A stretch of 10,134 bases of DNA from an uncultured archaeon (GTDB lineage Archaea; Iainarchaeota; Iainarchaeia; Iainarchaeales; CSSED10-239): positions 1-10,134 of the forward strand of contig CAYXAY010000026.1 in NCBI GenBank assembly GCA_964463155.1, given 5' to 3'. The position numbers and the translations under genes were made by a program. Positions 5,590 to 10,134 of the stretch are shown in pieces. Position 1 is the first letter of the stretch, and every line of letters starts with the position of its first letter. Below the pieces are notes generated by a model. It ran no database searches. It saw only the letters and a program-made list of their open reading frames with translations, and was not told the origin of the DNA.

Positions 5590-6954
5590 TTAGACAACAA
5601 CTCTATCAATTATGAACTGAGGAGAGAATGCTTCTAGGGCATCATAGGTTTGACCTGTGCCAACATAGAAGATTGGTTTTTTTAATTCATTTAAAATTGA
5701 GATTGCTACCCCCCCTTTAGGGTCGGTGTCAATCTTTGTTAAGATTACTCCATCAACACCAATCTCTTTTTCAAAACCAGATACTTGATTAACAATTGCT
5801 TGGCCTGCTTGTGCTTCGCCTATATAGATTGTAAGATTTGGGTTAACTACCCTTTTGATTTTCTTAAGCTCTTGCATTAAATTGTTATTGGTTTCTTGTC
5901 TTCCAGCAGTATCAATAAACACATAATCAATCTTTCCGGCCTTTGCTGAAGTCACAGCATCAAAGGCAACAGCTGCTGGATCTGAACCATAGTTTTGTTT
6001 GATTATTTTTACACCAATGGTGTTAGCGTGCTTCTCAAGCTGGTCTATGCTTCCTGCTCTAAAGGTGTCTCCTGATGCTAAGATTACCGATTTTCCTTTT
6101 TGTTTGTGTTGGTAAGCAAACTTAGAAATTGTTGTTGTCTTTCCTGCGCCGTTTGGGCCAATAAACATTATTACAAATGGTTGTTCTGCTTTTTTTGTCT
6201 TTGTTATATAATTATTAATATCACAATCAATGTCTAGCTGTGTCTTTAATGATTCTCTAATATGTTCTTTTATGTCTTCAAGCGGATTATCTTTAGAAAA
6301 GCTTGCAGAAACTAGTTTTTCTTTTAAATCATTACAGATGTTTTCTGCTGACACTATTGAAACATCGGCCTCAAGTAAAGACAATTGAAATTCTTCAAGG
6401 AAATATGAGATTTCCTTCTCTGATAATTTGATTTTATTTGTAAAAATGCTTTTAATTGAAGTTACAAAAGATTTTTTTATTTCTGTTGATTTCTTTACTG
6501 TGAGATCTTCAGATCCGGTTTCGCTCAGCTCGTGCACAATAGGTTGTGTTGGTCTTTGCTCTAGCTTTGGTATTGGTCTTTCTTCTGTTTCTGGTTGTTT
6601 TGGTGTTGGGCGTTCTTCAATCTTTGGAACTGGTCTCTCTTCTACTGATGGCTGATGCTTTGGCTTAGGTTTAAAGATTTCAAAAATAGAATGTTTCTCT
6701 TTTACTGGTTCGTGTGCAACACTTTTTTCTTCAACAACTGGTTTTGGTTCTTCAATAATTGGTTGAGAAACTGCTTCTTCTAGTTGTCCAAGATTTAGTG
6801 AATCGGTTTCGCCCAAATCAAACAAATCGCTTTGCGATTTCTTGGTACCCTGAGAACCTTCGGTTGGCATGAGCTCGCGCGCAATTGTTTCTTGAGTTTT
6901 ACCAAATAGCTTATCTGTAAAGCTCTTGAATTTATTTTTTAATAAATCAAACAT
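5590..6954 (-). CDS. ftsY: Signal recognition particle receptor FtsY with a long acidic/Pro-rich N-terminal A-domain
   Basis: The NG domain carries GPNGAGKTTTISKFA, DTFRAGSIDQL, DTAGR and TKIDTDPKGG. The track ORF starts at a TTG (6969). The ATG at 6954 (MFDLLKNKFKSF) is preceded by GAGGA-N8 and is the more likely start. Confidence 0.95.
   Translation of the reverse strand: MFDLLKNKFKSFTDKLFGKTQETIARELMPTEGSQGTKKSQSDLFDLGETDSLNLGQLEEAVSQPIIEEPKPVVEEKSVAHEPVKEKHSIFEIFKPKPKHQPSVEERPVPKIEERPTPKQPETEERPIPKLEQRPTQPIVHELSETGSEDLTVKKSTEIKKSFVTSIKSIFTNKIKLSEKEISYFLEEFQLSLLEADVSIVSAENICNDLKEKLVSASFSKDNPLEDIKEHIRESLKTQLDIDCDINNYITKTKKAEQPFVIMFIGPNGAGKTTTISKFAYQHKQKGKSVILASGDTFRAGSIDQLEKHANTIGVKIIKQNYGSDPAAVAFDAVTSAKAGKIDYVFIDTAGRQETNNNLMQELKKIKRVVNPNLTIYIGEAQAGQAIVNQVSGFEKEIGVDGVILTKIDTDPKGGVAISILNELKKPIFYVGTGQTYDALEAFSPQFIIDRVVV
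6541..6642 (-). repeat. In-frame tandem peptide repeats in the FtsY A-domain
   Basis: Reverse translation of 6642..6541 gives EERPVPK-I-EERPTPK-QPET-EERPIPK-L-EQRPTQP, four copies of an E(E/Q)RPxPK-like unit. Confidence 0.7.
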
Positions 6955-6972
6955 CTTGCAAATCCTCAAAAG

Positions 6973-7467
6973 CTATTCTATTGAATTATCTACGGCTTGT
7001 TCTTTTTGCACTTGTTTTTCTTGCATCTCTTTAAAAACTTTTGATATCTGAGAAAGCATCTGTGCTGTTTGGTTATAAGTTGTTATCAGTTTTTGCTTAG
7101 CTTCCAGAAGTTCTTTTTTTCTTTTCTCAACATCTAAAACTACTTCTTCCATTGTCTTTTCTGTCATAATGTTGCCTGGAAGCATGACTTTTATTGCGGA
7201 TTTACTAGAAACCTCGCATTCAATCAAGATCCCTGCACCTATATTAACAAGCATCTTTTCGTTCTTGTCAAGCTTTTTAATTTGGGAAAGAGTCGCTTCT
7301 GCCTTTTTCATCTCTTGAAGAAGTCCGTCAATCTGTTCAACTCTTTGGGATATCCCCTGAAGTTCTTTTTCCTTGTTTTGATATAATTTTATTGTTTGAT
7401 TCTTATCAAGCTTAATTGTCTTTTTTACTTTTTCTGTTTTTTTCTTTTTGCCGTTTTCTTTTGCCAT
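6973..7467 (-). CDS. pfdA: Prefoldin alpha subunit (GimC alpha)
   Basis: Coiled-coil segments flank a double beta-hairpin core (MLVNIGAGILIECEVSSKSAIKVMLPGNIMTEKT). It occupies the conserved position between aIF6 and FtsY. The track start is a TTG at 7473. The ATG at 7467 (MAKENGKKKK) is preceded by AGGTGA-N7. Confidence 0.85.
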   Translation of the reverse strand: MAKENGKKKKTEKVKKTIKLDKNQTIKLYQNKEKELQGISQRVEQIDGLLQEMKKAEATLSQIKKLDKNEKMLVNIGAGILIECEVSSKSAIKVMLPGNIMTEKTMEEVVLDVEKRKKELLEAKQKLITTYNQTAQMLSQISKVFKEMQEKQVQKEQAVDNSIE

Positions 7468-7482
7468 TTTCAATTCACCTTT

Positions 7483-8154
7483 TTATTTTAAATCAACAAC
7501 CAATTCATCAATCTTTCTCATCTCAATATTACTAGTTGTTTCTCCAACCAATAATCCTTGCTTGTTACCAATACTGTCGTTACCTACAAAAACATCTCCG
7601 TAGTTTGTGGTTGTTGCTTTCCCAGGAACATTAAATTTTTTCTTAAAATAATTAAATTCCTTAAAATCAATTCTTGGATTTATTAAAAACATAGAGTCAT
7701 TTACAAATATTGAACTTCCCGGAAGATCAAGTCCTGCAAATTGTTTTTGCTCAATCTCTACTCCAAAAAACTTTCTCATATCACTTACTGTTTCTGGAAG
7801 CAATAGTGGGCTTGCTACTCCATAACTGGAATTAAAAGCTAAAAGATTCCCAAAAGCGTTATTGTCATCCCTTATTGTCTTTACTTTTAGTCCTTCCTTT
7901 TCAAGATGTTCTATTTCTTCTAGATGAATACTGTTTTTTTCAACAACAACTTTCTCGTTCGTTCCTGTCAAATAGACTCCTATAAGTGCAGACTTATTGA
8001 TAGATGCTTTAATCACTTTTACATTTAAAATCTCTTCAATCAACTTTTCTTCTTTTGAAAGAACACTGTGTGGGACTATACATATCTTTTCTGAGCAATA
8101 TGAATAGATATTTAAAAAAGAAGAATTGTAAATTGTTCCTCTATCTAGTTTCAT
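7483..8154 (-). CDS. eif6: Translation initiation factor 6 (aIF6/eIF6)
   Basis: The 223-aa length is typical for aIF6. Pentein-repeat blocks include NNAFGNLLAFNSSYGVASPLL, LPGSSIFVNDSMFLINP and NYGDVFVGNDSIGNKQGLLVGETTSNIEM. It sits in the conserved L31e-aIF6-PfdA order. Confidence 0.9.
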   Translation of the reverse strand: MKLDRGTIYNSSFLNIYSYCSEKICIVPHSVLSKEEKLIEEILNVKVIKASINKSALIGVYLTGTNEKVVVEKNSIHLEEIEHLEKEGLKVKTIRDDNNAFGNLLAFNSSYGVASPLLLPETVSDMRKFFGVEIEQKQFAGLDLPGSSIFVNDSMFLINPRIDFKEFNYFKKKFNVPGKATTTNYGDVFVGNDSIGNKQGLLVGETTSNIEMRKIDELVVDLK

Positions 8155-8167
8155 TTTCTTTTACCCT

Positions 8168-8596
8168 CTATTCTGTTTGTATTGGAGCCATCTTCTTTTC
8201 TGTTTTTGGGCTCATTTTCTTTTGTGTCTTTGCGCTTGGCTTTTTTGCTTGTGTTGCTTCTTTTACTGTTTTTGAAATAGTTTCTTTTAACTTTGGTTTT
8301 TCCGTTGTCTCTGGAGCCTTTCCAAACTCCTTAAAGCCTTTAGAGCCCTTCAAGAAAACATAAACCTTCCCTGAATCAATCTTTATGCTTACTGCAATCT
8401 TTCTGGGAGGGTTTTGAATGCTGTTTTTCCAGATATATTCGTTTACCTCTTTTGAAATTATCACATCTTTCTTTTCCATTCTTGTGTGTTTCTTTAGGAA
8501 ATTAAAGATTTCAGTGATTGCATGGTTTGCTCTTCTGGTTCTTGGCTTGTTGTCATAAACCTTGTTTAAAGGTATTATATAATTTTCACTTGGCAT
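8168..8596 (-). CDS. rpl31e: 50S ribosomal protein L31e with a Lys-rich C-terminal extension
   Basis: The L31e core is IPLNKVYDNKPRTRRANHAITEIFNFLKKHTR...EVNEYIWKNSIQNPPRKIAVSI. It is followed by about 55 extra K/T/E/P-rich residues. Confidence 0.85.
   Translation of the reverse strand: MPSENYIIPLNKVYDNKPRTRRANHAITEIFNFLKKHTRMEKKDVIISKEVNEYIWKNSIQNPPRKIAVSIKIDSGKVYVFLKGSKGFKEFGKAPETTEKPKLKETISKTVKEATQAKKPSAKTQKKMSPKTEKKMAPIQTE
8184..8231 (-). repeat. 24-nt tandem duplication inside the L31e tail (KTQKKMSP / KTEKKMAP)
   Basis: GGAGCCATCTTCTTTTCTGTTTTT (8184..8207) and GGGCTCATTTTCTTTTGTGTCTTT (8208..8231) match at 17 of 24 positions by my hand count. They encode two consecutive 8-aa repeats. 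Confidence 0.6.
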
Positions 8597-8609
8597 TTAA
8601 TCACTTCCT

Positions 8610-8927
8610 TTATTTTTTCTTTTTCTTTGGATGTCTTACAACTGTTGTGTTTCTTGTCTTTCTTACTTTTCTTCTTGAGCTCTTTTCTTTCTTACCACTC
8701 ACTCTTGCAGTTTTCTTTACTGCGTCTGCTTTTTGCAATTGTAATTTCCGGAATTGATCTCCAAACTCTGTTTGTTTCCAGTTTCTTTTCTGTCTTCTGT
8801 TCCAGATTCTTTTTCCTGCCTTTTGGATAATCCAAACAGGAGTATTTAGATACCCTGGACCTACTTTGTCTCTTTGAGCAATTAGAAACTCTTTCTTTTC
8901 TCTAGTTTTATTTCTTGCCATAATCAT
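8610..8927 (-). CDS. rpl39e: 50S ribosomal protein L39e with a ~50-aa basic C-terminal extension
   Basis: The L39e core is MARNKTREKKEFLIAQRDK...TPVWIIQKAGKRIWNRRQKRNWKQTEF. ATGs occur at 8927 (ATGA overlap with the S19e stop, GGAGG upstream) and at 8921 (MARNK). The protein is about twice the usual ~50-aa L39e length. Confidence 0.8.
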   Translation of the reverse strand: MIMARNKTREKKEFLIAQRDKVGPGYLNTPVWIIQKAGKRIWNRRQKRNWKQTEFGDQFRKLQLQKADAVKKTARVSGKKEKSSRRKVRKTRNTTVVRHPKKKKK

Positions 8928-9481
8928 TCAGCCTCCTCTTGCTTTTTCTTGGAGTCTTTTTTTCCTTTCTTTTCTGTGCCATCAAATACTAGCTTTTCTT
9001 TTGTTTCTTTTATTATTTCTTTGTCTTTCTTAACAATCTTGTATTTACCCAGATCCTTTAATATTTCTGTTGCCATCTTGTCTAAGTATTTCTGGCCTGC
9101 AGGAGTTATTATTCTCCCTTTCTTTTCTTCTGACTTTGATACCAAACCTAGTTTTTCTAAATCTTGTAAGCAAACTCTTATGATTTTTCCACCTGCTTTT
9201 CTAAATTCTTCAGGTTTTACCCCCCTGTTCTTTCTTCCACCATAATATGTTCTTAAAGAATTAACTGTTGTCTTGTCATTAATTGCTACTTTTCTTAAGA
9301 TTGAAGCCATTCTAACATACCACCAGTCAAGATCTTGTGGGGCTCTTTCTCTACTACAGCCGGTTTTTACAAACTCCGCAAACTCAGGCATCTTTACTTT
9401 CTTGTTTGTTTTTAGATCCTTTGATATCTCAGTTATCATTATCTGAGCAGGGACGTCTTTTACATTAGCCAAATTATTCAC
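8924..9481 (-). CDS. rps19e: 30S ribosomal protein S19e
   Basis: Core blocks are VKDVPAQIMITEISKDLK, ERAPQDLDWWYVRMASILRKV, YGGRKNRGVKPEEFRKAGGKIIRVCLQDLEKLGLV, followed by a Lys-rich tail. The track start is a GTG (9481) lying inside a GAGGTGA motif. A TTG at 9472, 5 nt after that motif, would give M-ANVKDVP and may be the real start. Confidence 0.9.
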   Translation of the reverse strand: MNNLANVKDVPAQIMITEISKDLKTNKKVKMPEFAEFVKTGCSRERAPQDLDWWYVRMASILRKVAINDKTTVNSLRTYYGGRKNRGVKPEEFRKAGGKIIRVCLQDLEKLGLVSKSEEKKGRIITPAGQKYLDKMATEILKDLGKYKIVKKDKEIIKETKEKLVFDGTEKKGKKDSKKKQEEAE

Positions 9482-9641
9482 CTCTAGTTTTTTAAAATCC
9501 TTTTATTTCTAGCTTCCTTTTTTGGAAAGGCATAGAAAAATTTTCGCATTTCTGCTGAAGTTTTAAGCAAAGTTGTTTTTTGCTAAAAACAAGTATTATA
9601 ATATATTTATAGAAGAGTTTTGTTTATATAGGTTTTGGTTT

Positions 9642-9953
9642 TTACCTAATTGCAATCTTCTTGATATTGTTGCAATCTAGGCAATGTAGCTTTAGGTATT
9701 TTTGCTTCTTGTGGTTTTTGGTTTCTGTTATTGTTCTTACCTTTGTGTTTTTGCTTGTTCTAAGGCAATGGCAGAACTTACAGGTCTTTCTGTGAAGCTC
9801 TCCTGGCATCCTAAAGTTGATTTTTTTGGAGATATCAAAAGCCAAATCAGTGTATTCCTTTATGTAAGGGTTTTTTTTTTCTTCTTTGGATTCAGAAATA
9901 GCAAAATCTATTAAAAAATAAATTCTTTTCTTGTAATTGTCTTTGTCACTCAT
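9642..9953 (-). CDS. rnp4: RNase P protein component 4 (Rpp21/Rpr2/Rnp4 family zinc-ribbon protein)
   Basis: The 103-aa basic protein has an N-terminal helical part, then a zinc ribbon C-KF-C...(x24)...C-LD-C (RKTCKFCHCLR...KLHCLDCNNIKK). It sits upstream of S19e as in the conserved archaeal cluster. Confidence 0.75.
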   Translation of the reverse strand: MSDKDNYKKRIYFLIDFAISESKEEKKNPYIKEYTDLAFDISKKINFRMPGELHRKTCKFCHCLRTSKNTKVRTITETKNHKKQKYLKLHCLDCNNIKKIAIR

Positions 9954-9961
9954 GTTTTTTC

Positions 9962-9967
9962 AAAAAA
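9962..9967 (-). terminator. T6 tract directly after tRNA-Gly
   Basis: The minus strand reads tRNA 3' end, then TC-TTTTTT-G, then AAAAAAC-ATG (rnp4 start). Oligo-T is the usual archaeal termination signal. Confidence 0.35.
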
Positions 9968-9969
9968 GA

Positions 9970-10041
9970 TACGCCTGCCGGGATTCGAACCCGAGCCGAA
10001 AGCTTGGCAAGCTCCCATACTAACCACTATACTACAGGCGT
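9970..10041 (-). tRNA. tRNA-Gly (anticodon GCC), 72 nt, no encoded CCA
   Basis: I folded this cloverleaf by hand. Acceptor stem ACGCCTG pairs with CAGGCGT, with discriminator A. U8-A9 follow. The D arm is GTAT-AGTGGTTA-GTAT. The anticodon arm is GGAGC-TTGCCAA-GCTTT, with U33, GCC at 34-36 and A37. The variable loop is 4 nt. The T arm is TCGGG-TTCGAAT-CCCGG, with the canonical T-loop. Confidence 0.85.
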
Positions 10042-10070
10042 ATAATCAGATAATATAATTAATGTAAAAA

Positions 10071-10081
10071 ATATTTATAAA
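10071..10081 (-). promoter_or_regulatory. TATA-like box (minus strand TTTATAAATAT) upstream of tRNA-Gly
   Basis: The TTTATAAATA core ends 30 nt upstream of the mature tRNA 5' end, an appropriate distance for an archaeal TATA box with a short leader. The AT-rich background lowers specificity. Confidence 0.3.
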
Positions 10082-10134
10082 CTATTGGTTTATTGGTTTT
10101 GGGACAAAAGTCAAGTGTAAATATATTTCATAGC

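Noticed and set aside
6878-6886. Fourth AATTGCGCG box in the opposite orientation, inside the 5' part of ftsY
   Set aside because: It lies in frame within codons for I-A-R-E of a conserved gene and is about 1.4 kb from the other boxes. It is most simply a coding coincidence. It is worth including in any genome-wide motif count.
9482-9641. Structured ncRNA (C/D-box sRNA or a ribosomal-protein leader) in the 160-nt spacer between rnp4 and S19e
   Set aside because: No C box (RUGAUGA) occurs on either strand. Only weak 4-5 bp hairpins are present, for example GCAAA-N6-TTTGC. The region is better explained as promoter plus leader, with several TATA-like boxes.
1-10134. CRISPR arrays, rRNA genes or long terminal inverted repeats
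   Set aside because: Reading the window found no regularly spaced direct repeats of 24-40 nt, no rRNA-like conserved blocks, and no long inverted repeats flanking the cassette.

Overview
AT-rich archaeal fragment, probably from a DPANN-like reduced genome; the organism assignment is inference. All supported genes lie on the minus strand. The right two-thirds is the conserved archaeal translation/secretion cluster, in transcription order: tRNA-Gly(GCC), RNase P protein Rpp21/Rnp4, S19e, L39e, L31e, aIF6, prefoldin alpha, FtsY. The left third carries SRP54, an A24 prepilin/preflagellin peptidase and a tRNA-guanine transglycosylase. Left of that lies a degraded accessory patch: the N-terminus of an IS200/IS605 TnpA-like ORF cut by the window edge, two hairpins, and a possible frameshifted wHTH remnant. 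Between ftsY and srp54 sits a two-gene insertion. One gene encodes a 361-aa RelA/SpoT (RSH) synthetase-fold protein with intact catalytic motifs and an unrecognisable ~155-aa C-terminal domain. The other encodes an 81-aa signal-anchored protein. No hydrolase or antitoxin partner is visible, the upstream spacer holds three GC-rich TTGCGCG boxes, and an 11-nt direct repeat brackets the insertion. I rank this RSH gene as the best candidate for an undescribed system: a CapRel-like fused toxSAS toxin or defence module in an archaeon. Secondary points are that the Tgt is bacterial/eukaryotic type rather than ArcTGT, and that several ribosomal proteins carry Lys-rich extensions. No CRISPR array or rRNA was seen. 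Nothing here was checked against databases.
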